Assembly (NCBI RefSeq): GCF_000017305.1
Contig: NC_009664.2
Coordinates: forward strand, 4,170,001 to 4,202,000
Length of the DNA stretch: 32,000 nucleotides
Direction: 5' to 3'
Origin: Kineococcus radiotolerans SRS30216 = ATCC BAA-149
Lineage (GTDB): Bacteria; Actinomycetota; Actinomycetes; Actinomycetales; Kineococcaceae
The translations under genes were made by a program, and so were the position numbers. Within the stretch, counting starts at the first letter, position 1; each line of letters begins with the position of its first letter. Under the pieces are notes generated by a model. That model ran no database searches, had not been told where the DNA came from, and worked only from the letters and a program-made list of their open reading frames with translations. Shown here piece by piece: positions 1 to 6,813 of the stretch.

Positions 1-1
1 C

Positions 2-619
2 GAACCCTTCGTCCGCACGCCCCTGCTGGATCGGGCCACCGTCCAGGTCCTCACCGCCCTGGGCGCCCGCATCGACGTGCACACCGAGGACGTGTGCCGC
101 CTCTTCGTCGGGCCGCAGGTGTGGACGGTCCAGCGTTCGCACCCGGTGACCTGGATCCTCACACCCGGCGGTGTGCGCGGCGAGCTGCACGTGCGCGAGC
201 TGCTGCCGCAGTGGCTCACCGCCCTGATCGGCTCGACCCTGGTGGGCACCTGCGCGCTGCCCGACCCCGTCACCGGGACCGAGGTGGAGCACCGCTACGG
301 GCGGGTGGGGGTGTGGCGCGCGACGGGCGAGGAGCCCGGGCGCCAGGAGCTGGCCGAGTTCGGCGCGGACCGCGAGGCCGACGTGGCGCTGTTCCAGCGG
401 ACGGTGGGTCGCACGGTGAAGGAGGTCGCGGCCGCCTACGGCATCGGGCCGCGCCCCGCCCTGACGCTGGAGCTGCTCGTGGCACGCGAGGCCGAGGCGG
501 TGGCGCGGGCGGAGACGCAGACACGAACCGCCGGCGGGCGCCAGGGGCCGTCGCGTCCACTCAGCTGGTGGACACGGACACGGACACGGGCACGGGCACG
601 GGCCCGCGGCCGACGCTGA
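2..619 (+). CDS. hypothetical protein, 5'-truncated by window edge
   Basis: Frame 2 is open from base 2 (EPFVRTPLLDRATVQVLTALGARIDVHTED...) and runs into the listed 77..619 ORF, so the gene starts upstream of the window. Strong G/C at codon position 3. No family recognised. The C-terminus is a TR/AR run encoded by the 571-606 hexamer repeat. Stop TGA 617-619. Confidence 0.6.
   Translation, partial: EPFVRTPLLDRATVQVLTALGARIDVHTEDVCRLFVGPQVWTVQRSHPVTWILTPGGVRGELHVRELLPQWLTALIGSTLVGTCALPDPVTGTEVEHRYGRVGVWRATGEEPGRQELAEFGADREADVALFQRTVGRTVKEVAAAYGIGPRPALTLELLVAREAEAVARAETQTRTAGGRQGPSRPLSWWTRTRTRARARARGRR
571..606. repeat. hexanucleotide tandem repeat (GACACG)x3 (GGCACG)x2 GGCCCG
   Basis: Read directly: gacacg gacacg gacacg ggcacg ggcacg ggcccg. 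It is in frame within the 3' end of the 2..619 CDS (TRTRTRARARAR). Confidence 0.9.
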
Positions 620-901
620 CAGCGCGCCGCTGGTGCTGCCGGTCGGGTACGGGGGTACAGCCCCGGCTGATCCTGCGCTCGGCGCTCGGCACCTCCACGT
701 CCTGGGGCTCTCCGAACCCACAGGTGGGTAGCCCACCCTGACCCGCGTCGCCGCCTCCACCAAGGCCGGGTGCGCCGCCCCTCCAGGCGCGCTCCTGGAC
801 GCCAGCCGCCCCGACGAGGGCTCCACGCCGGGACGACGCACCAGCGAGCGCACCGCGGCGACGGCTCCAGCACCTGGTAGCCATCGCTCGCTGTCCTAGG
901 G

Positions 902-919
902 ACCGGTGGGCTCACCGGT
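902..919 (-). terminator. candidate intrinsic terminator hairpin
   Basis: ACCGGTG-GGCT-CACCGGT: perfect 7-bp stem, 4-nt loop, 13 nt 3' of the stop (932-934) of the minus-strand gene. No U-tract, as is common in high-GC actinobacteria. Confidence 0.4.
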
Positions 920-931
920 GTGGGCGCGGCG

Positions 932-1468
932 TCAGGCGCTCGTGTTCCCCAGCGCTGCAGCCACTCCGCCCACGCGCAGTTCAGCGTCGAGGGCGCCCTC
1001 GTTGAAGCGCTCGTTGCGCAGCAGACCCACGAGGTAGCGCACCGCGTCGGCTACCGGCGCCCGCCGCAGTGAGTCCGCATCGGTGTGCGTGCTGCGCCCG
1101 TGCCAGTGCACCCAGTCGTAGGGCAGCAGCACCCCCGAGCGGTCGAGCTGGGTGCGCAGCAGTTCGACCCCGGGGCTGTACTGGATGTAGGGGAAGTGGT
1201 GCACGCCCGGCCGGGTCTCGTGCCCGCCCTTCCACTCGTTGCCGGCGGTGGAGGCCGGCAGCACCGCCAGAGAATCCTCGATCTCGCGCCACAGTTGCTC
1301 GGGCACCGCGACCAGCGCCGCCTCGTAGCCCGCATCGCTGGGCTGCTGCACCACCCCAGCGTAGGAGCGGAACTGACACGACGGACCGGTGACGGTGCGC
1401 TGCTCGGGTGATCCCCGCCGCCGTGGCCACCCGGACGGCCCAGCAGCGCCTCGACGCACCCACCGCAC
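932..1468 (-). CDS. DUF6508-like hypothetical protein
   Basis: 178-aa ORF with strong G/C3 below about 1410. The C-terminal two thirds (WKGGHETRPGVHHFPYIQYSPGVELLRTQLDRSGVLLPYDWVHWHG...APVADAVRYLVGLLRNERFNEGALDAEL) matches my memory of the DUF6508 family. Start uncertain: ATG 1468, an internal GTG, or upstream in another frame (see finding). Confidence 0.6.
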   Translation of the reverse strand: MRWVRRGAAGPSGWPRRRGSPEQRTVTGPSCQFRSYAGVVQQPSDAGYEAALVAVPEQLWREIEDSLAVLPASTAGNEWKGGHETRPGVHHFPYIQYSPGVELLRTQLDRSGVLLPYDWVHWHGRSTHTDADSLRRAPVADAVRYLVGLLRNERFNEGALDAELRVGGVAAALGNTSA

Positions 1469-1615
1469 CTGCCGTCATGGCCCGCTCCAGCACCGACCCC
1501 GCCGTGCTGCCGGCCGTCGCGCTGGCCGCGGCCACGTTGGCCGGCACCGCGGTCGTCGACGTCACGGTCCTGTCGAAGTTCGGATGATCACAGGCCAGCC
1601 TTCTAAGCTGCTGGT

Positions 1616-1883
1616 GTGCCCGTCGTGATCGAGGTCGTGGTCGACTTCAACGCCGCGCCCGCGGTGGTCTCCGACGTGGAGCTTGACATCGACGAGCACA
1701 TCAACTTCCTTCAGGGCAGCAGCGAGCGAGGCCAGCACCGCCAGCGACCGACACCACCCGCAGCTCAGCGACGAGGCCACTTTCCGCGGCCGCTGCTGCG
1801 AGCTGGTCCAGCAGATGATCAGCCGCACCACCTCGCACCAGCGACCGCGCCGCCTCGTCGATGCGGAGGCAGCGAGACGCTAG
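1616..1883 (+). pseudogene. possible frameshifted small ORF (about 89 aa if joined)
   Basis: G/C3 bias is near-perfect in the frame of ORF 1616.. (MPVVIEVVVDFNAAPAVVSDVELDIDEHINFLQGSSE) up to about 1735. It then moves to the frame of ORF 1683..1883 (...ASTASDRHHPQLSDEATFRGRCCELVQQMISRTTSHQRPRRLVDAEAARR, stop TAG 1881-1883). No family recognised. Confidence 0.25.
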
Positions 1884-1935
1884 GCAGGCCCGGGTCCTTC
1901 CATGTCCGCGGGTTCGCCCAACAAGCGGTGGACCG

Positions 1936-2547
1936 ATGAACCGGTACACCACGAGCAAGCTGCCAGGCGGGCGAGTGGACGCCAAGCGTTTGACGAGCGC
2001 CCTGGCACGCCTCGAACACCACCTCACGACCCAGGCACCCCAGATCGCGCGAGGACTCCGGCCTCCGATCGAGGTGGAGACCCTGCCCGCGAACGACTAC
2101 CGGCCAGAGCTGCCTCTGCCCGAGGAGGTGCGGATCTGGTTCGCCTGGCACGACGGCATGACCGACGATCCCGCGTTCCGGCTGCCCAGCGGCTACTCGC
2201 CACTGCCGTGGAAGTACGCGGTGAAGTTGACCGACATGCTGACTGAGCCAAACCGCCCGGACGGTCTCGCGCAGCCAGGGCCGTCGATGTTGACGCTGAT
2301 GAACGTCGCGACGAGCTACCTGATGGTCGACTGCAACGTCTCGCCCGGGACAGTCACTCCCGTCCGGCACTGGAACACCCACGAGATGGCCACCTGGCCT
2401 GGAGTCTTCGCCCCGTCCCTGACCGAAACGGTTGAACTGTGGAACAGACTCTTGGTGCGAGGGGCCTACCGGTGGGATGCAGATGGGGACGACTGGGCCG
2501 CCGACGTTCCAGTACACCTCACCACCTACGGCCTCACCCAGATCTGA
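1936..2547 (+). CDS. SMI1/KNR4 (SUKH-1) family protein, immunity-type
   Basis: ATG 1936 (MNRYTTSKL, GGTGGA 4 nt upstream) lies inside the listed 1861..2547 ORF; 203 aa. The LPEEVRIWFAWHDG motif and the overall size and pattern are typical of the SMI1/KNR4 family. Confidence 0.8.
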   Translation: MNRYTTSKLPGGRVDAKRLTSALARLEHHLTTQAPQIARGLRPPIEVETLPANDYRPELPLPEEVRIWFAWHDGMTDDPAFRLPSGYSPLPWKYAVKLTDMLTEPNRPDGLAQPGPSMLTLMNVATSYLMVDCNVSPGTVTPVRHWNTHEMATWPGVFAPSLTETVELWNRLLVRGAYRWDADGDDWAADVPVHLTTYGLTQI

Positions 2548-2568
2548 AGCGCCGCCGGCGTCACCGCT

Positions 2569-2598
2569 GACGTTACGGTCATCCCGCGTTGTGCGCGC
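2569..2598 (+). repeat. motif copy 1: GACGTTACGGTCATCCCGCGTTGTGCGCGC
   Basis: Core GGTCATCCCGCGTTGTGCG at 2577-2595. 27/30 identical to copy 4. Lies between the SUKH stop (2547) and the stop of the minus-strand 72-aa gene (2644). Confidence 0.85.
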
Positions 2599-2643
2599 TC
2601 CTGCGTGACGTCGCTCCTCGCTGCACCGACCCCCACCACCGGG

Positions 2644-2862
2644 TCACAGCACAGCGATGCTCACGACGACCAGGGTCACCCCCACCGTGAGGAGCACCGT
2701 CCTCACCACTCGCACCGCACGGCCGCTCCGCTCCGCCCGAGGCAGCATCAGCTCCGCCCCCACCACGAGGAGCACGCAGCTCGACACCACCTCACGCGGA
2801 CTGCTCTCCTTCACGAGCAACACGACCGCGAGGAACACGAGCACGGCGCCGAGGCAGGCCAC
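2644..2862 (-). CDS. small membrane protein (72 aa)
   Basis: GTG start. Three hydrophobic stretches (ACLGAVLVFLAVVLLV, VVSSCVLLVVGAELML, VLLTVGVTLVVVSIAVL). G/C3 is clearly higher than in the codon-aligned His-rich mirror ORF 2605..3414 on the + strand. Confidence 0.6.
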   Translation of the reverse strand: MACLGAVLVFLAVVLLVKESSPREVVSSCVLLVVGAELMLPRAERSGRAVRVVRTVLLTVGVTLVVVSIAVL

Positions 2863-2962
2863 GAAGCTGAAGCGCTCTTGCTCGGCAGGGGATGCCTTGT
2901 GCTCCTGCTCGGTCCTCGTCCCCGGGTGCTTGCAGACCTCGACGGCGGTGACGACGACTTCC

Positions 2963-2974
2963 GGTCATCCCGCG
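2963..2974 (+). repeat. motif copy 2: GGTCATCCCGCG
   Basis: Exact 12-mer core between the stop of the 227-aa gene (3026) and the start of the 72-aa gene (2862). The upstream flank CGACTTCC resembles the flank of the other copies. Confidence 0.8.
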
Positions 2975-3025
2975 ATCTGGGCGTCTCGTCTGCCGGTGAC
3001 CGGCCCAGCAGGCCAGGCTCTCCGT

Positions 3026-3709
3026 TCAGGTCAGCAGCCCCGCCTCCTGAACCAACCGCAGCGCCTCCCCCGGCTCACGCCGCAGGTGCAGCTCCACGTC
3101 CCAGCGACGGTCAGCTCCCCGCACCTCACGGCGCAGAGACCACCCCAAGGCCACGGCTCCGCTGGTGTCGACCTGGACACCCACCGCGGTACCGGCGACC
3201 TCCACGATCGCGAAGTCCGACGCCGTCGGTAGGGGAAGCAACGAACCGTCAGCGTCGAACTCCTGCCACCGCCGCCCCATCTGCCTCGGCCACTCCTGCT
3301 CATCAGCCTCACGGACGTAGAGAGCCATGGTGTCGCTGCTCAGCACCGAGGACCTCCTCACAGTGCGCCACGTCGAGGACGCCGGCAGGTAGAAGACCGC
3401 GAACGACGAAGTGAAGGGCCTGCCCGACTCCTCGCGCTGGAGACGGGGCTTGCCGTGGCGCCCAGGCACGGCGAACACCTCGCACAAGCCTCCTACCGCC
3501 GTCGGTACCCGTGGTGGGGAGAAGCCCGCCACGGCGGCCAGCTCCTCCTCGCTCACCACCGCCCACGCGTAGGACAGGTGCCCCGGATTGCGTGACGCTG
3601 GCCGCAGCGCCCAGGCCAGGGCATCGGTCGGCGTCAACGCCCGCAGGACAGCACTGACGCCATCGGGCGCCGTGCCGGGCGCCGTGCCGGGCCCCGGCTG
3701 CTCAGACAT
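3026..3709 (-). CDS. hypothetical protein (227 aa)
   Basis: ATG 3709 with GGAGGG 3-4 nt upstream. Coding-type codon bias, weaker than in core genes. A 12-bp tandem duplication at 3665-3688 gives GTAPGTAP near the N-terminus. No family recognised. Confidence 0.7.
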   Translation of the reverse strand: MSEQPGPGTAPGTAPDGVSAVLRALTPTDALAWALRPASRNPGHLSYAWAVVSEEELAAVAGFSPPRVPTAVGGLCEVFAVPGRHGKPRLQREESGRPFTSSFAVFYLPASSTWRTVRRSSVLSSDTMALYVREADEQEWPRQMGRRWQEFDADGSLLPLPTASDFAIVEVAGTAVGVQVDTSGAVALGWSLRREVRGADRRWDVELHLRREPGEALRLVQEAGLLT

Positions 3710-3811
3710 GCACCCTCCAGGTCAACGACCCACGCCTCCATCGACACGCTGCGAATGACGAGCCCTCGCTGAGGGTCTCGTGACACCACTATGGGTCGGA
3801 AACGATTTCAC

Positions 3812-3822
3812 GGTCATCCCGC
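3812..3822 (+). repeat. motif copy 3: GGTCATCCCGC (11/12)
   Basis: In the intergenic region between the divergent 227-aa gene (start 3709) and the 99-aa gene (start 3919). Upstream flank CGATTTCAC. Confidence 0.75.
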
Positions 3823-3918
3823 CACCAGGAAGTCGTCGATCGCCCGCACCTGTCGATCTGCGGTAAGTCGTCCAACCTCTCCACCGCGGGACTCAGGTGG
3901 AAGAGCAGAAGGCTGCCG

Positions 3919-4218
3919 ATGATCGTCCCTAGGGTGGAGAACGTGGACGCACCGCACAACGATCGACGACGGCGGCTCGGTCGGGTCATCGCCATCACCG
4001 GAGTCCTCGTCATGGTCGTGCCGGCGGGCTGGTGCGTGTTGTGCGCCTACTGGTCCTTCACCGGGTGCTTCATGACCTGTGGGCCGGGCGACCCACTGGT
4101 CGGGACGTTCTGGGGTGGGGTCGCAGTCGTTCTGCTGGGCGCCCCCGTGCTGGGTGGCCGGATGATCGCCCGGGGGCCTCGTCGGCCACGGGGGTCAGAC
4201 GAAGGGGCGAGCCCCTGA
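3919..4218 (+). CDS. small membrane protein (99 aa)
   Basis: ATG 3919 with GAAGG about 8 nt upstream. G/C3 is high by eye. Basic N-terminus, then two hydrophobic helices rich in Cys/Trp (VIAITGVLVMVVPAGWCVLCAYW; TFWGGVAVVLLGAPVLGG). Confidence 0.6.
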   Translation: MIVPRVENVDAPHNDRRRRLGRVIAITGVLVMVVPAGWCVLCAYWSFTGCFMTCGPGDPLVGTFWGGVAVVLLGAPVLGGRMIARGPRRPRGSDEGASP

Positions 4219-4277
4219 GCAAGCAGGGTCGGGTTCACGTCGCTCAGCTGGACGAGCACGTCGAAGCTCTGCGGGCG

Positions 4278-4307
4278 GACGTCATGGTCATCCCGCGTTG
4301 TGCGTGC
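4278..4307 (+). repeat. motif copy 4: GACGTCATGGTCATCCCGCGTTGTGCGTGC
   Basis: Core GGTCATCCCGCGTTGTGCG at 4286-4304. 27/30 identical to copy 1. Lies 43 nt 3' of the stop (4348) of a minus-strand ORF remnant. Confidence 0.85.
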
Positions 4308-4347
4308 AGATGCCGCCACCTCACACCGCCGGTCTCCGGTACGGCAG

Positions 4348-4585
4348 TCACACGTCGAGGACACCATCTCGAGCTCGCGCCGCAGGGGGGATCCGATCGG
4401 TGTCCAAGTCCTCCATCGACCCCACGTCGGCGTACTCCGGGTACTCGATCCGCCCCACCTCATCGAACAAGCCCACCCGCCGGCGCAGGATCAACCCCGG
4501 ATGCGAGGAACGCCCGAACGTTCACTCCAAGCGCGCGTCGGGTCACCTCCACGACTGTCACCGGTGTCTCGATGCAAACCGTCAC
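4348..4585 (-). pseudogene. frame-split small gene remnant (about 85 aa if joined)
   Basis: Two overlapping minus-strand ORFs in different frames. 4460..4585 (GTG) reads MTVCIETPVTVVEVTRRALGVNVRAFLASG.... 4348..4494 (TTG/GTG) reads ...LILRRRVGLFDEVGRIEYPEYADVGSMEDLDTDRIPPAARARDGVLDV. Each looks protein-like only over its own part, as expected for a 1-nt indel near 4490-4500. Family unknown. Confidence 0.25.
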
Positions 4586-4619
4586 CGAGGACCTGAGGGA
4601 TCACACCACCGGCGCCCGT

Positions 4620-5315
4620 CTACGGCTCGCTCACGTGCGCGGCGAGCTGGAGCAGGGAGGTGATCCGGACCTCCTCCTCCACCGTCGCGGTGCCGGCGCG
4701 GTCCAGGTGCACCGCGCGCAGGCCCGCTGCCCGTGCACCGAGGACGTCGACGCTGTGGTCGTCGCCGACGTACAGCGTCTGCTCGGGTGCCACCCCCAGG
4801 TGCTCGCACACGCGCAGGAACGCCTGCGGCCGGGGTTTGGCCACGCCGAGCTCCTCGGCGGTGAAGACCGGGCCCAGGCGCCCGCTCAGGCCGATGGCCT
4901 CGATCTTGGCGTTCTGCTGCTGCCGGGTGCCGTTGGTGAGCACGGCGGTGCGCAGCCCCGCCGCCTGCACGGCCCGCAGGGCGGCGTCGACGTCGTCGAA
5001 CCCCGTCCACGCCTGCTGGTAGGCGGTCAGGAAGCCGGTGGTGAAGAGGTCGTCGAGTTCGGCGTCATCACCGACGGGCAGTCGCAGCAGGGGCAGCACG
5101 TCGCGCAACCGGCGGCGGCGCTGTTCGGCGAAGCTGATCCGCCCGTCGCGCCAGGAGGCGAAGTGGCGTTGCTCGGCGGCTCGCCACGCCTCCTCCAGCT
5201 CGGGGGTGCTGGTCCGGCCCAGGGCCTGCGCCCAGGTGCGCAGGCCGCTGCGCGTCGCGGTGGAGTGGTCGAAGAGGGTGTCGTCGAGGTCGAAGACCAC
5301 GGCTGCCAGCGGCAC
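4620..5315 (-). CDS. HAD-superfamily hydrolase (subfamily IA type)
   Basis: Motif I VVFDLDDTL, motif II VLTNG, motif III K in GVAKPRP, motif IV YVGDDHSVDVLGARAAG. GTG start 5315, TAG stop. Confidence 0.9.
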   Translation of the reverse strand: MPLAAVVFDLDDTLFDHSTATRSGLRTWAQALGRTSTPELEEAWRAAEQRHFASWRDGRISFAEQRRRRLRDVLPLLRLPVGDDAELDDLFTTGFLTAYQQAWTGFDDVDAALRAVQAAGLRTAVLTNGTRQQQNAKIEAIGLSGRLGPVFTAEELGVAKPRPQAFLRVCEHLGVAPEQTLYVGDDHSVDVLGARAAGLRAVHLDRAGTATVEEEVRITSLLQLAAHVSEP

Positions 5316-5475
5316 GCCCGCAGCTTAGTGAGCCCTGGAGACGCCCGCGAGGTGGCCGGCTCGCCCGCCCGGGGCCAGCGGGCGGACCGCTTGGTCGCTG
5401 CCCGGCCGAACCCGGCCCCGCGGGGCGTCAGGTAGGGACGCCCGGATCGCGGACGGCCGCGGGGTGCGCTCCCGC

Positions 5476-5940
5476 TCAGGGGCCGTGCGGCCAGGCCCGG
5501 CCGAGGACCGCCGCGGCGTCCTGGTCGAGGATGAGGCCGTGCTCGACGAGCCGGGCGGCGAGGCGGGCGGGGGCGGGGTGGTGGCCCGCCTCGGCGGTGC
5601 GGCGCAGGTACGTGCTCCAGTAGGCGCGGTTCCAGGTCAGCGGGTCCGCGTCGTAGCGGGCGAGCTCGGCGCACCACTGCTCACGCCAGCGGGCGGCGAG
5701 TTCGTCGCGCCCGTGGTGTCCGCCGCTGATGACGGCGGCTTCGTCGAGGGGGGCGCGGCGCAGGTCGTGCAGGAGCAGCCACGCCTGGTGCAGCGGCTCG
5801 GGCCCGCTGGAGCAGTCCACCGCCCGGCCGGGGTCCGCGGCCCAGTCGGCGGCGGCCGCGCGGCTGAGGCGTCCGGCGGCGACGTCGTCCCAGGTGCGGT
5901 GCAGGTCAGATCGGAGACGGTCCGAGGTGGGGTCCGGCAC
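5476..5940 (-). CDS. hypothetical protein (154 aa)
   Basis: GTG start 5940. The frame looks coding and its composition is non-degenerate (MPDPTSDRLRSDLHRTWDDVAAGRL...). No family recognised. Confidence 0.6.
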   Translation of the reverse strand: MPDPTSDRLRSDLHRTWDDVAAGRLSRAAAADWAADPGRAVDCSSGPEPLHQAWLLLHDLRRAPLDEAAVISGGHHGRDELAARWREQWCAELARYDADPLTWNRAYWSTYLRRTAEAGHHPAPARLAARLVEHGLILDQDAAAVLGRAWPHGP

Positions 5941-6082
5941 GCGTTCCAGTGTGGTGCAACGCGGGGCGTTCCCCTTCGAGCTCGTCGGAGCCCCGGATCC
6001 CCGGAGACGACCGTTGGTGGTCGGCGTGCACCGGCCGTGGAGGAGCGCGCCTTCGTCGCGGCCACCTCGCGCACCGAGCCGG

Positions 6083-6421
6083 TCAGCCTTCGAACTGCAC
6101 GACCTGACGCACCTGGACCGTGCCGTAGGCGGCGGTCGGGATCTCGGCTGCGAGTCTCAGGGCCTCGTCCAGGTCGGGGACGTCCACGACGTAGAGACCG
6201 GCGACGGTGCTGCCCTGCCGAGGGGCGTCGGTGATCGAGACCCGGCCATCGCGAACGGTGACGTCCTTGGCCTCGTCGACGGGGTGGAAACCGGACTCGT
6301 GGACGGTCACCCCGGCCGCGGACAGTTCGGCGTCGAGCGCGAGCCACTGGTCGACCTCGACCTCGGCCTCGGCCGGGCCGTCGGTGCTCGGGTCGTAGGA
6401 GTAGATGAGGGCGAACTGCAC
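6083..6421 (-). CDS. YciI-like (YCII-related) protein
   Basis: GTG 6421 preceded by GGAGAGGAAG. 112 aa: MQFALIYSYDPSTDGP...GLYVVDVPDLDEALRLAAEIP...VQVRQVV, typical of the YCII family. The upstream part of the listed 219-aa ORF is Arg/Pro junk. Confidence 0.85.
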   Translation of the reverse strand: MQFALIYSYDPSTDGPAEAEVEVDQWLALDAELSAAGVTVHESGFHPVDEAKDVTVRDGRVSITDAPRQGSTVAGLYVVDVPDLDEALRLAAEIPTAAYGTVQVRQVVQFEG

Positions 6422-6813
6422 GGGACTTCCTCTCCAGGCGGTGGTCCGGACGTCTGCTGGGCGACGAGCTGCTGGTGCACGGTGACGATCACCTACTGCC
6501 CCCGACCCGCACCACCCTCTCGATCGGCAGGGAACGCGGCGGTTCGGGTGACCGGGCATCCCCGGGGGCCTCGCGGACGGACAGGCCGAGCAGCGCAGGG
6601 CCGGGCACCGGGACGCCGGCGCCGACCGGTGCGGTGGTGGGACCCCGACGCCGCGGCACGGCTCCACTCTGGCCGTGATCGAGTCGGAGGGCAACGCCCC
6701 GGCCCGTGCGGAGGTCGCCGACGCCGGGGGCTCCGAGGACACCGACTGCTCCGAACAGGGCCGACGTGACCGTCCGCGTCCTCGGCCCGCCGGTCATCGA
6801 GCAGACTCGGGGG

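Noticed and set aside
2605-3414. 269-aa His-rich + strand ORF (HREEHRPHHSHR...) that could look like a metal-binding protein
   Set aside because: It is the codon-aligned mirror of the 72-aa membrane gene and then of the 227-aa gene. Its G/C3 is clearly lower than that of the minus-strand genes it overlaps.
3791-3922. 43-aa upstream ORF (MGRKRFHGHPATRK...) whose TGA overlaps the ATG of the 99-aa gene (ATGA) and which contains motif copy 3
   Set aside because: About half of its third positions are A/T, so there is no coding bias. The overlap is probably coincidental.
3789-4013. 74-aa minus-strand ORF overlapping the start of the 99-aa gene
   Set aside because: It has poorer codon bias than the + strand gene and an Arg-rich N-terminus, and it conflicts with a better-supported ORF.
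1-4620. Calling the left-hand patch a mobile genomic island
   Set aside because: No integrase, transposase, tRNA or flanking direct repeats are visible in the window. Only weaker codon bias and the gene content suggest accessory origin, so I describe it as accessory-looking only.
4032-5435. 467-aa + strand ORF spanning motif copy 4 and the HAD gene
   Set aside because: It is antisense to the motif-verified HAD hydrolase and has junk composition. I also considered that the motif encodes a conserved peptide (DV[TM]VIPR on +, or [TS]RDD[RH] on -). In each copy, however, the frame is non-coding or antisense to a better gene.
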